A DNA stretch of 64,000 nt from NCBI GenBank assembly GCA_039621445.1, contig CP154954.1, positions 34,011,737 through 34,075,736 on the forward strand, read 5' to 3'. The stretch comes from Euglena gracilis (lineage: Eukaryota). Each line of letters starts with the position of its first letter. The first letter of the stretch is position 1. Position numbers and translations under genes: made by a program. The notes under the pieces are model-generated. The model did no database searches, was not told the origin of the DNA, and saw only the letters and a program-made list of their open reading frames with translations. Positions 39,901 to 52,500 of this stretch are shown here, piece by piece.

Positions 39901-42900
39901 TTTTCGGGGTGTTCGTGGTTCACGTGCTATTTTGCGCCTCCCGGGCGGTAACGGCTGCGTTTTACGCACGCCCGCCGCGGGCAAAATTGCGCCTATCCGC
40001 CCGCCGCCCTTCGCAACAATTAGGTAAAGGATCGCCGACCTCTAGCCGGGGCAGAGCGCTCGTTTTTGGAGCGCCGGCGCAGCCGATTTCGGCCGAAAAC
40101 GGCCGAAAAATGACGTTTTTCGGGGTGTTCGTGGTTTACGTGCTATTTTGCGCCTCCCGGGCGGTAACGGCTGCGTTTTACGCAACCCCGCCGCGGGCAA
40201 AATTGCGCCTATCCGCCCGCCGCCCTTCGCAACAATTAGGTAAAGGATCGCCGACCTCTAGCCGGGGCAGAGCGCTCGTTTTTGGAGCGCCGGCGCAGCC
40301 GATTTTGGCCGAAAACGGCCGAAAAATGACGTTTTTCGGGGTGTTCGTGGTTTACGTGCTATTTTGCGCCTCCCGGGCGGTAACTGCCCGCCGCGGGCAA
40401 AATTGCGCCTATCCGCCCGCCGCCCTTCGCAACAATTAGGTAAAGGATCGCCGACCTCTAGCCGGGGCAGAGCGCTCGTTTTTGGAGCGCCGGCGCAACC
40501 GATTTCGGCCGAAAACGGCCGAAAAATGACGTTTTTCGGGGTGTTCGTGGTTTACGTGCTATTTTGCGCCTCCCGGGCGGTAACGGCTGCGTTTTACGCA
40601 CGCCCGCCGCGGGCAAAATTGCGCCTATCCGCCCGCCGCCCTTCGCAACAAGCAGGTAAAAGGACCGACCTCTTGCCGGGTCAGAGCGCTCGTCTTTGGA
40701 GCGCCGGCGCAACCGATTTCCGTGGTTTACGTGCTATTTTGCGCCTCCCGGGCGGTAACGGCTGCGTTTTACGCACGCCCGCCGCGGGAAAAATTGCACC
40801 TATCCGCCGCCGCCCTTCGCAACAATTAGGTAAAGGATCGCCGACCTCTAGCCGGGGCAGAGCGCTCGTTTTTGGAGCGCCGGCGCAACCGATTTCGGCC
40901 GAAAACGGCCGAAAAATGACGTTTTTCGGGGTGTTCGTGGTTTACGTGCTATTTTGCGCCCCTCGGCGTTAACGGCTCTGTTTTACGCAACCCCGCCGCG
41001 GGCAAAATTGCGCCTATCCGCCCGCCGCCCTTCGCAACAATTAGGTAAAGGATCGCCGACCTCTAGCCGGGGCAGAGCGCTCGTTTTTGGAGCGCCGGCG
41101 CAGCCGATTTCGGCCGAAAACGGCCGAAAAATGACGTTTTTCGGGGTGTTCGTGGTTTACGTGCTATTTTGCGCCTCCCGGGCGGTAACGGCTGCGTTTT
41201 ACGCACGCCCGCCGCGGGCAAAATTGCGCCTATCCGCCCGCCGCCCTTCGCAACAATTAGATAAAGGATCGCCGACCTCTAGCTGGGGCAGAGCGCTCGT
41301 TTTTGGAGCGCCGGCGCAGCCGATTTCGGCCGAAAACGGCCGAAAAATGACGTTTTTTTGGGTGTTCGTGGTTTACGTGCTATTTTGCGCCTCCCGGGCG
41401 GTAACGGCTGCGTTTTACGCACGCCCACCGCGGGCAAAATTGCGCCTATCCGCCCGCCGCCCTTCGCAACAATTAGATAAAGGATCGCCGACCTCTAGCC
41501 GGGGCAGAGCGCTCGTTTTTGGAGCGCCGGCGCAGCCGATTTCGGCCGAAAACGGCCGAAAAATGACGTTTTTCGGGGTGTTCGTGGTTTACGTGCTATT
41601 TTGCGCCTCCCGGGCGGTAACGGCTGCGTTTTACGCACGCCCACCGCGGGCAAAATTGCGCCTATCCGCCCGCCGCCCTTCGCAACAATTAGGTAAAGGA
41701 TCGCCGACCTCTAGCCGGGGCAGAGCGCTCGTTTTTGGAGCGCCGGCGCAGCCGATTTCGGCCGAAAACGGCCGAAAAATGACGTTTTTCGGGGTGTTCG
41801 TGGTTTACGTGCTATTTTGCGCCTCCCAGGCGGTAACGGCTGCGTTTTACGCACGCCCGCCGCGGGCAAAATTGCGCCTATCCGCCCGCCGCCCTTCGCA
41901 ACAAGCAGGTAAAAGGACCGACCTCTTGCCGGGTCAGAGCGCTCGTCTTTGGAGCGCCGGCGCAACCGATTTCCGCCGAAAACGGCCGAAAAATGACGTT
42001 TTTCGGGGTGTTCGTGGTTTGCGTGCTATTTTGCGCCTCCCGGGCGGTCACGGCTGCGTTTTACGCACGCCCGCCGCGGGCAAAATTGCACCTATCCGCC
42101 GCCGCCCTTCGCAACAATTAGGTAAAGGATCGCAAGACCTCTAGCCAGGGCAAAGCGCTCGTTTTTGGAGCGCCGGCGCAACCGATTTCGGCCGAAAACG
42201 GCCGAAAATTGACGTTTTTCGGGGTGTTCGTGGTTTACGTGCTATTTTGCGCCTCTCGGGCGTTAACGGCTCTGTTTTACGCAACCCCGCCGCGGGCAAA
42301 ATTGCGCCTATCCGCTCGCCGCCCTTCGCAACAATTAGGTAAAGGATCGCCGACCTCTAGCCGGGGCAGAGCGCTCGTTTTTGGAGCGCCGGCGCAGCCG
42401 ATTTCGGCCGAAAACCGCCGAAAAAAGACGTTTTTCGGGGTGTTCGTGGTTTACGTGCTATTTTGCGCCTCCCGGGCGGTAACGGCTGCGTTTTACGCAC
42501 GCCCGCCGCGGGCAAAATTGCGCCTATCCGCCCGCCGCCCTTCGCAACAATTAGGTAAAGGACCGCCGACCTCTAGCCGGGGCAGAGCGCTCGTTTTTGG
42601 AGCGCCGGCGCAGCCGATTTCGGCCGAAAACGGCCGAAAAATGACGTTTATCGGGGTGTTCGTGGTTTACGTGCTATTTTGCGCCTCCCGGGCGGTAACG
42701 GCTGCGTTTTACGCACGCCCGCCGCGGGCAAAATTGCGCCTATCCGCCCGCCGCCCTTCGCAACAATTAGTTAAAGGATCGCCGACCTCTAGCCGGGGCA
42801 GAGCGCTAGTTTTTTGGAGCGCCGGCGCAGCCGATTTCGGCCGAAAACCGCCGAAAAATGACGTTTTTCGGGGTGTTCGTCGTTTACGTGCTATTTTGCA

Positions 42901-43092
42901 CCTCCCGGGCGGTAACGGCTGCGTTTTACGCACGCCCACCGCGGGCAAAATTACGCCTATCCGCCCGCCGCCCTTCGCAACAATTAGTTAAAGGATCGCC
43001 GACCTCTAGCCGGGGCAGAGCGCTCGTTTTTGGAGCGCCGGCGCAGCCGATTTCGGCCGAAAACGGCTGAAAAATGACGTTTATCGGGGTGT
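12952..43092. repeat. 216-bp CpG-rich tandem satellite, ~140 monomers
   Basis: Continuous head-to-tail monomers in one orientation; resumes in phase with 1-573 after the CCGG duplication. Confidence 0.98.
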
Positions 43093-43511
43093 TGTGTACC
43101 AGGCAGCATGAACATGGCACTGTGCATAGCAGCAGACTGCAAAATGTACAATGTCATGCCAGATAGTACTATTCCATGTTCTGCAATACCAATTGCAGAA
43201 TTAGGAATAGCCTATCCTATCTCGGATCTGCCTTCTCTTTTCACAGGTGGTATTATTGTTTTGTTTTTGTGTTTCATCAGCCCAAAAGGGCAAATCAGAG
43301 ATTTGAAGATTAGAACTCCGATAGGAGAACATTTGTGGAACTGAAGTTCCAAAATCACACCTGGTTTGCCTTGTGCTCTGCATAAGCCCAAAGCCAATAA
43401 AAACTAATAGTTAAGTAAAAGATTTTCTTTTTTGTTACTCTCCTGGTTCTGTTCCCACGGGAGGGTGTAAGTAGGCCGACAGGCAGTGGGAAAAGAGTCA
43501 GGGGACGTACA
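43093..43511 (+). repeat. Family B 5' LTR
   Basis: Inverted termini TGTAC/GTACA; shares both ends and internal blocks (CACAGGTGGTATT, TGTTACTCT, GTTCCCACG) with 62782-63093. Confidence 0.75.
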
Positions 43512-43513
43512 CT

Positions 43514-43528
43514 TGGTAGCAGATTAGG
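43514..43528 (+). promoter_or_regulatory. PBS of family B, iMet-like
   Basis: TGGTAGCAGATTAGG after the LTR end; identical at 63096-63110. Confidence 0.75.
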
Positions 43529-43768
43529 TTTCTTGCCTACGCCCCTTCTCCCCCCTTCTTCCCCCCATCTTAAAAGGTGACTTCAAATAGTGAGTGGTGC
43601 TGAGCCTATAGGCTATTAAGCATCCACGAGCTGTTTGGAGCCAACTTCTAAGCACAGGTACAAGCTTCAGGAGGCTGTGGGCAGTATACGCTGTCACACC
43701 CTTCTAAGTTTGTTCCTTTGCTTACTTTTTGGGTTTTCTTGTGCCTGTTTGTGCAAATAAATAGAAAT

Positions 43769-46700
43769 ATGCAGAGCTCAAGCACCAACACACTCATTGA
43801 TTACCAAGAATTGATAAGTTCTTTGAGAAGCACTTGTCATGAATTTTTGCAAGAGGAGTATACGCTCCAGTCCAGGTATACCCCAAGCTCTATAGAGCAT
43901 CCCCACGCCAAAATTTCCAGCTCTATTGAGCATCCACCCACCCCAGTGGTTTCCACCTCTATTGAGCATCCCCCCACCCCAGTGGTTTCCAGCTCTTTTG
44001 AGCACCCCCCCACCCCAGTTTTCAGCTCTATTGAGCATCCCCTTACCGTAATTTTCAGCTCTACCAAGCATTCCCCCACCCCGCTTTCCAGCTCTATCGA
44101 GCATTCCCCCCACAGCTCTATCGAGCAACCCCCCACCCAATGGGTGCCACACCTAACGGTGTCCAGCTCTATGGAGCATTCCCAACCCCAACGTGGTCCA
44201 AACCTAATGGTGCCTCATCCCCTCGCCCAATGGGCTCCCCCACACCCATTGGTGTCCAGCTCTATCGAGCAACATATAGCCCAACGGGCACAACCCCTTT
44301 TGATGGAAAGCCGATCGGCTGATAGGTATTCACCCCAGCGAGATTTCGCACCAATGCCCATAGGCACATATGACCCTGAGGCGGTTACACCACAACAACG
44401 TTTTGTTGATGATGGGTTGGAAACACCATGTTATTTCCAGCTCCCCCATTCTCACCCACCCCCAACTCTGATCGGACAATTGACATCCCCACCCGATACG
44501 GGTTCTTTTCCTGCCATGCCTTGCATGGACTCGGCTAATTTGCAGGCACAATTGCCACAAAAATTCCAAAAAGTGAGTGAGACAGTGTGTGAAATACAGT
44601 CCCGCAATGATGCGAATTTTTCCCACTTGCAACATAGTTTGCAGGCTTTGTCTGATCAACTGGAGCCAATAACGGCACAAAAATCCTGATATGGGAGCTT
44701 TTGTTACCTTGAAGCAGTTCGATACCTTAGCTGCTGCATTCCAAAAAGCGCAACAGCGCATTATGGAACTGAGCCGTGAATCGGCAAATTTTCACCATAT
44801 GCACACCCAACCTCGTGAAGGTTTCACTTCCAGCACTTATGTGCAGCAATTGGAGGAAAGACTTTCCCGGTTGGAGCGAAAATCATGTGGGTGTGGTGAA
44901 AATTCTGTTGAAATAGCAAGTTTTTTCGCCCATATCGCGAATATCGCAAGCAGGCAGGATGCTTACCACCAACGGTGGCAGAATAATATTGTTGACATCC
45001 AAGCCGCAATTGCGGAGTTGCAGAACCGCAATGCGGTACCATGTTCACATCATTTAGAACTTCAGCGATTGTCTGCAGATATGCATGACGAAAATCACCA
45101 AGTCAGGAAAAAAAATTTGTGACGGTCCGATACGGACCGAAGAAACAGTGAATCAGCAAGTCAAAAACTTGCAAAAAGATTTCTCAGCGCTATCCGCGCA
45201 AGTTTCAGTGTTTTTGGGACAGCCAATGGCTGAAAACGTGCGGAATCCGAAAAATACCCCTCCTTCCAAACCATCTCCACAACTGGAGTCTATTTCCGAA
45301 GCAGTGCACACTCTAGCTGTGCGACTACGGGAATTGGAAAGTGGTTTTGGAAAAATTTCTCAAGAATTCCGGTCTTTTTCTGACAAAATCCCTCTTCTGG
45401 ACGATATGTCCAAACACCGCAGGCGTATTAAGCGTTTGCAGGAATATATTGGTGCAATCACCGATCATCTGAAAATTATCGACGATTTGGAGAAACAGTT
45501 TCAAACTTGCCGCAGATTCCAGCTTCAAAAGCGCTAATAGCGCACCTTTGGCAAAGCCTATTGGCACATTGCCACAAAATTACGATTCTGCTCATGCAGT
45601 GGTCCCTCCTCCGGCGGTACCAGTCCCAATGGACCATTTTTTGGATGATGGGGTTGGTTTTCAAGAGAACGCCAACAGAAACCCTCAAAGAAATCGAAAA
45701 ATTTGGGAATATGAACTTTGTCGCGGTATGAGCCGCACTCCCGCTCATGGTATTGATCCTGAGATGCATCAGCATCACTATTCGCGCATTCGGGATTCAC
45801 CAAGTTTGCAAGGTACCTATGGTACACCAAGTGGAATATTGAATGCGCATTCGCAATATACACCCAAAACTACACTTGGTGCAACCACCGAGGTACCCGC
45901 GCATGGTGCGGTTTTGCGCCCAGGCCCAACCTCCTTGAATACCACCGAAGGGCCATGGGAGTCTCAGAAAGATATCAAAGGAATTATCGCTATCGCGAAA
46001 AAGGTGAAGCCCCAATGGGACGGTGAACCAACAACATGGAAACAGTTTTTCCGTGATTGGGAATACTACTGGGAATTGAAGGGACCAACCCAGTACGAAA
46101 ATCCGGAGGTGATCAAAATGGAATTCATAGACTGTTTACCAAAAGACGAAAAGGAACGCGTCAGACAATTGGTCATACGCGGGGGCATTTCTTTTCAGGA
46201 TTTAGTAGAGCAATATGCTTCTTCATGTTCAAGTTTGGTTTCCAGAATCACTCTGGAGAGAAAATGGCGGCAATATGCCCCCATGACCGAAAATGGAGGT
46301 CGATAGACCTATGGTACTCAAAATGGCTTTCTTTGGCAGCCGAAGTAGACGACTTAGGCGAAACCCAAATGAAAGAGCAATTCGACACAGTGTTACTGCA
46401 CTTTATACCCAAACTCATCAAAGAAATTCACCGCGAGGAACTCGCAGGAGATGTTTTGACGCTCGGTGAGCGATGAACTATGTTTCCAAACAGTTGAAGC
46501 TATCACAGCTTTTAGGACAAATCCAGTCGGCTTATACGAGCCACCCCACGGCAGGAATACCTGCTATCCAAGTCAGTTCTGTGAAAAAAGTGTCACACTT
46601 ATCACGTACCGCTATGGCGGAATCCAAGTTGCGCAATTCGCGCTCTTCAGAAGAATTTTCGGACAAATTGTGCTTTTTGTGTAATAAAAAGGGTCACATA

Positions 46701-47126
46701 TCTTGCCATTGTCCAAATCCCGCAGCGCGAAAGCGCAACGCAAGCCCAAGAGGATCAGCCTCATCATGCAGTTCTCGATTTTCACAAAATGCGCATTCAC
46801 AAAATTCAAAATATCGATCACGATCCACATGTTCACTGTGCGGATCAACCAACCACCCCTCACCTAAATGTCTCTATGCGACTCCTCCCCACCCAAGCCA
46901 TCGCGATATGACTCGCAGTTCAAAAGATCATACTTCAGCCAAAAGGCATAAGGTAGGTCAACGAACAACCTCTATTGAGGATTATCACCCGGCTTCGGGC
47001 AGGGAGGGGGATGATACCCCATGTAACAAAAGGGATCATCCCTACTTTAGCGCTCATAAATCCAGAGACGTATATGCGTCAAGAAAGTCAAAGGCTGATA
47101 TGGCCACCGGTTCGGATTTTGAGTAA
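43769..47126 (+). pseudogene. gag: Family B gag, fragmented
   Basis: SSIEHP repeats, coiled coil, capsid-like PQWDGEPTTWKQFFRDWEYYW, knuckles CFLCNKKGHISCHC (46671-46712) and CSLCGSTNHPSPKC (46830-46871). Confidence 0.8.
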
Positions 47127-47738
47127 AGTCACCCGAAACCCAGGGATGTGGACTACGGAGGCTACTAGAAAGGAGGTGACAGGAGTCATGACCCTAGTCA
47201 TCCCCTGCCCAGTATCCTTTCTGGTCATCGTTCCAGGATTTTCCGGTGTCCCCGCTCAAAATTCTGCCAAGTTTTTGACATATAGACAGTTTTGTGTTTC
47301 CTGTTCTGGTGCATCATGGGATACGCCATGAATGACCTTGTGGTTGAATGGATTTACACTTCAAGAATGCACACAGCTCCGCAAACTTCTTCCCCCATCA
47401 AAAACTTCCACTACTCATCATTTTTACATACCGTTTTCGATGACAGCAACATCGTTTTCAACAACACCAACACCGTTTTCAACCCAGGGGTAAAGAGAAA
47501 GTGCCCGCCCTACCCGCCGCATATCCACAAACGTTCCACATGCGGTAGGGGTAACAAGTAGCTTAACCCCCTATCGTTTCACTGGGTTCCAAGACGAAAG
47601 CCCTAAGGCCTGAAATTCGAATGGTGTCGAGTAGTCGCACAGCTGCTTTCATTTTTCGTTTACCACCAGGTTTGTCGATTGCAGACAATCCTGTACAACC
47701 CCGCAGCTCAAATTCGCATAAAATTTTTCTGACACACT

Positions 47739-48025
47739 TGCAAGTTGGGGGATGGTCCAGCGTGTCCAAATAATTTCAGCACATCAGACGTCTGGCCAAA
47801 ACCAACTTTTAAGGCTTCAGGGGTCTTCTTCCCAAACTTCCCCACACAGCACCCCAGAAGACAAGACTTGATACTTGAATCCAGTTCAGAGTCCCACGCA
47901 AACTTGTACACTGTTTGCCAGCTTGCCTGTGAAAAATGTAATTCCCCAAAATCTCTGTGAGCCAATGCTTAATTTCTGCTGGCATCTCTTACCAAAATAA
48001 ATCTCAAATCTGGCCCGCGCTCACA
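47739..48025 (-). repeat. Element C 3' LTR
   Basis: Repeat of 49108-49394; adjacent CCCCCCTTCCC (48026-48036) is a minus-strand PPT. Confidence 0.8.
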
Positions 48026-49107
48026 CCCCCCTTCCCAAAAACAATTGCCAGGCAATTGTCCAAAACAGAAATAAAAAATGAGCGGGCCGGAGATAAAATT
48101 CAACACACACACACGCAGCAGCGACATGGAAAAGTGATGAATGGCGGTTCTCGAATTTAAATTGCCAAATCTTCGAATCCACAGATAATTGTATACATGT
48201 CCAAATCCACAGATAAACCCCATGTGGGGCCCGCCTACCTGCACCCCAGCCTTTCCACCTTAGAGGGCCATGTCGTACGACCTACCCCGTACAACATGAC
48301 CCCCCATGGGGTCCAGCCGGGGCTTCGGCGACCCCCGCCGAGCCAAACCGGAGCAGAGCCCCCTTGAAGCGGCCCAGCACCGAACGGGGAGGCGGCACAC
48401 ACCACAGCCATCACAGCAGCAACAGGTTGACAAACTTGAAGATGATCACCCGATGTGCATTTGTAGGGCTGTTGCACAACCCTGATCACTGTTTTTTACG
48501 AGGTCAGGCTCCTCGCGCCGAAATCTCCAGGGGGAACTTGACCAATGACGTTGAAACTTGACATCTTGAACTTGGGAACTTGAAATCTTGGACATCACAC
48601 CTTGGATCCTCCACAGATTGACCTTGGGAACGTGGAATCTTGGAAATGATGACAGAACTCCTTCACAGATTGACCTTGGGAAATTGAAATCTTGACATGA
48701 CCACTTTCTTCCACCACAGATTCCTTGGGATCTTGAAATTGAACTTGACATCTTGACTTGAACTTGACCCTGAAATGACATCTTGACAGACATTTTGGAG
48801 ATTGAGATTATTAATGATGATGGCGGGCTGTGATTGACATTCGTCTGTCCTTCAGCCCAGGCTCCAACCAAGATCCACAGCAGCACCAACTCCAGGATCA
48901 CCTGCTGCTAGCTTGATCTGGAGAGTTGATCATGGTGGCCCAACACAGCATCTCACTGTGTGCCAACTGGTGCCTTCCTCTGCCTTGTCCCCCTTCTGCC
49001 GCTGTGCTGGCCCGCCACTTCCATGACATTTCACTTCTGAGTGTCTCCCGGCTCCACAGGTACGTTTGTACGGGGCTTTTCTGCACTGCAAATCTCATAC
49101 AAGTTTG

Positions 49108-49394
49108 TGCAAGTTGGGGGATGGTCCAGCGTGTCCAAATAATTTCAGCACATCAGACTTCTGGCCAAAACCAACTTTTAAGGCTTCAGGGGTCTTCTTC
49201 CCAAACTTCCCCACACAGCACCCCAGAAGACAAGACTTGATACTTGAATCCAGTTCAGAGTCCCACGCAAACTTGTACACTGTTTGCCAGCTTGCCTGTG
49301 AAAAATGTAATTCCCCAAAATCTCTGTGAGGCAATGCTTAATTTCTGATGGCATCTCTTACCAAAATAAATCTCAAATCTGGCCCGCGCTCACA
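49108..49394 (-). repeat. Element C 5' LTR
   Basis: Near-identical to 47739-48025. Confidence 0.8.
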
Positions 49395-49524
49395 TGGTAG
49401 CAGAGGTTACAACATGTTACAACCTGGTAGCAGAGGTGGACTGCCCATTTTTGATTCCCCTCCAACATGCGGCTACGAAGAAGAAACTGAAAAACGACCA
49501 GAAACTGCAAAAACTGACGCTGAC

Positions 49525-52500
49525 ATGCCTGCTGTCTCAACTGCCATCGTTAGGATGGTGGAGCCGGCGGATGGCTGCCCAGCTCTGAACCAAACTCTGG
49601 ATGTGCCAGCTGCCTTAACCGCCATCGCTAGGGTGGTGGAGCAGGCGGATGGCTTCCCAGCCCCGAACCAAACACGGGAAATGCCAGCTGCCCTAACCGC
49701 CATCGCTAGGGTGGTGGAGCCGGCAGATGGTTTTGCCGCCATGTACCAATCACTGGACAGCAACAGGTGGACTGAAACTGAACAAGACGGCACAGACATT
49801 ACAGTGCCACGGACATGCAATGACAGCCCACGTGTCATTGCCATGGTGCACATGGACCAGGACGACACCGAACAGACCGGTCCAGCACCAGATTACACAG
49901 AACTGGACGAAAACAACGAACCGTACTTCGACGAACAGGTGTTTGCACCACAAAACTGGTACCAACAGCCAGAAACGGACACTCAGAACGAACAAAACTG
50001 GCAAACTGCAACAGCACAGCAACCAGGAACCCAGAGTTTTGCACTGGTGGCGGTACGACAGAGCCCGGAACAACCAGACCACCTCCAGGGTGAAACTGAA
50101 ACTTCGTACCAGGAACCTTCGTACAGCTCGTACGAGATTCCACAGCCGGAACCACAGAACCAGAACACTGACTGGGACTGGTGGTCGAACTTTGCGTACG
50201 AAACTGGACAGCTGACCCAGGAATTTCAACAGTTCAGACACAAAACTGAACAGACGAATCAGCAAACGGCAGAAACACTGCAGCAGCTACAGCAAACAAC
50301 GACGGAATGGGTCAGCGAACTGCACGCAGCAGTCAACAGACAGGGTGAAGCACTCATGACAGAAATAAACGGCAGACACGAAGAACTGACGACAGTCCTG
50401 GCAACAACCCAAGCAAACATGGAACAGGTGACCGTCAACCAGAACAGACTGTACCAGGAACATTTCAACAGAATGTCACAGCAGATCACAGAAGTCAGGG
50501 AAATGTCTGGCTCACTGGGTGAAAAACTCAGGGAATTTCACAGTTTTCTGCAGATGGCAGGGGGAAACGCACAGAACCAGGGTGAACATTTGGTTGGTTT
50601 ACTACACCGACAGCGAGAAAACGAAAACACAACTGCAGAACTGCAACAGAGATTGGCTGTGGCAGAAGAACGGGTCGCAGGAATCACAGGCGGAGTCCAA
50701 ACGGTGAACAGCAAAGTGGACGAAACTGTGGCAACAGTGTCCAGAAAAGTTGAAAACCTCAGAGGCGAAATCAGCAGTGTGGTGGAAAGAATTCAGAAGG
50801 ACATGGGCAATGAAATCGGAAATCTGGCAGGACGGGTTCAGCAGCAGGAAAAAAAAACGACAAAAAAAAACAACCATTCAAAACTGTGATTACCTACACA
50901 AAAAACTGGTCGAACTGCAGAAAATCCCAGATCAGCAGCAGCAGATTACACAGCTGAACGAGGAAATCGGCAGACTGAAACGACAGGTGGAAACTCTGAC
51001 CTCCAACGAAGAAAAACACAAACAACGCACTGAACGCCTGAACCTGGAGGTCGGCAACCTGGGTGACAGGGTGGACGAAACAGCCCAAACGACTCAAAAC
51101 CTGCTGGGTGAACTACAAAAAGGGACCATTAAAACGGGAACACATGCCACATCTGAACATGCCAAATTGCTGGAAATGACACCTGCCATTGGCTCAATGA
51201 CAACCAGGGTCGGTCAACTGGAAGCAAAACTGGCTGGTCTGACAACAAAAACTGCAGAACGAGAAACACATGATAACGGCATCTGGCAGCATTTACATTC
51301 TCTGACCACGGAACTGCAAACACAGCAGAAACGGTGGACAGAACAGCTGGTGACCCTGGACAGAAAAATCAGTATGGTGACAAAAACGACTGAAAACCTG
51401 ACTGAAAAACTGGAAAGGCAAAACACCCAGCAAATCACAACCCCCAGCCCTAGCCTGGCTGAAATACCCAAACTTTTTGAAAATCTTTGCATTTCCTCTC
51501 GCCCAGCCTGCACAGGGGCCTTCGGGCCAGAGTCAGGGGCCAGCCCCCTGGCCAGTGGGCCTCCCTCGAGGACCCAGGCTGGACAGCCAGGGGCAGCCAC
51601 AACGGCCCAACGGACTGAACAACCCCCCCAGGGGGCAGACAGGGCCGCGGGCCAACGGGGATCGGGGACCCCACAACCCCAGAACCAGCCCCCACCAGCC
51701 CTGAGGGGCCAGCCCACGAGACAACACGGGACGGGGACCCTAGAACCCCAGGCCTGGCCAACGGGGATGGGGACCCCACAACCACTGGCCCAGCCACGGC
51801 CAGCCCTGAGGGGCCAGCCCGCAGGAAACCAAGGGACGGGGACCCCAGAACCCCAGGCCTGTCAAACGGGGACGGGGACCCCACAACCCCTGACTGGTAT
51901 GTTCAGCCAGAGCGGCCAGCAGTGGGGGGACGAAACACCACACCCAAAAATGGAAGGAGGAGCTGCAGCACTGGGGACCGTTAACTCGGCTTCCCTGGTG
52001 GGGCAGCTCATCCAGCAAGAACTAAAAACTGCCTTGACACCGTTAACTGCCCAACTGACCCGACAAACAGAACGACCGACTGCAGTCCCGATGAGCCCAA
52101 CACTCACGACAAACCCGACAAGCCCAGCACCACAGCCAACCCAGCCGACTCAGCAGACTCAACAGCCAGTGACGACGCAACAAAACCCACAGTCCCGGAC
52201 ACGGGGCTTGTTCATGTGGGCAGACGAAACAGAAACTCAGAACACAGCCACAACCTCCTGGGTGGGACCCCAGGTGGGGTCTACCCAAACTGCCATCCAC
52301 CACATAGGAGAGGAAACAGTGGTGGCACCCGTGGCAACGGCCCCGACAGCATCCTTCGGGCTGCTGCTGGGTCCAGTGGGCGCGGCAATGACCAAAGACC
52401 TGGTAAGACCAACATTGCAGGGGAATTTCGCAGATTTTGCCGTGAAATTTCCAATGTACCTGCAACGTGTGTCAGCCGGTCAGGGGTCCCTGACCGATGA

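Larger units (their letters stand above)
43093..47738 (+). mobile_element. 5' part of a second LTR retrotransposon (family B): LTR, PBS and decayed gag; no pol recognised; right boundary uncertain
   Basis: TGTGTAC...GTACA LTR, PBS TGGTAGCAGATTAGG, gag with two CCHC knuckles. Confidence 0.75.
47739..49394 (-). mobile_element. Small non-coding two-LTR element C (TRIM-like or deletion derivative), inverted
   Basis: ~287-bp near-identical direct repeats; on the minus strand, PPT GGGAAGGGGGG is followed by TGTGAGCG; ~1.08-kb interior without retroelement motifs; PBS not identified. Confidence 0.72.

Noticed and set aside
12952-43092. Many ORFs encoding 72-aa repeats (MTFFGVFVVYVLFCASRAV...)
   Set aside because: By-product of a 216-bp GC-rich monomer divisible by 3; stops and frameshifts occur freely
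12952-43092. CRISPR array
   Set aside because: No unique spacers and no cas genes; whole monomers repeat
48446-48901. Minus-strand ORF with a signal-peptide-like start (possible env)
   Set aside because: Low-complexity sequence, no recognisable envelope features, single instance
49106-49394. C repeat as a plus-strand 5' LTR of A2
   Set aside because: It does not match the A2 3' LTR, and the PPT position shows minus orientation
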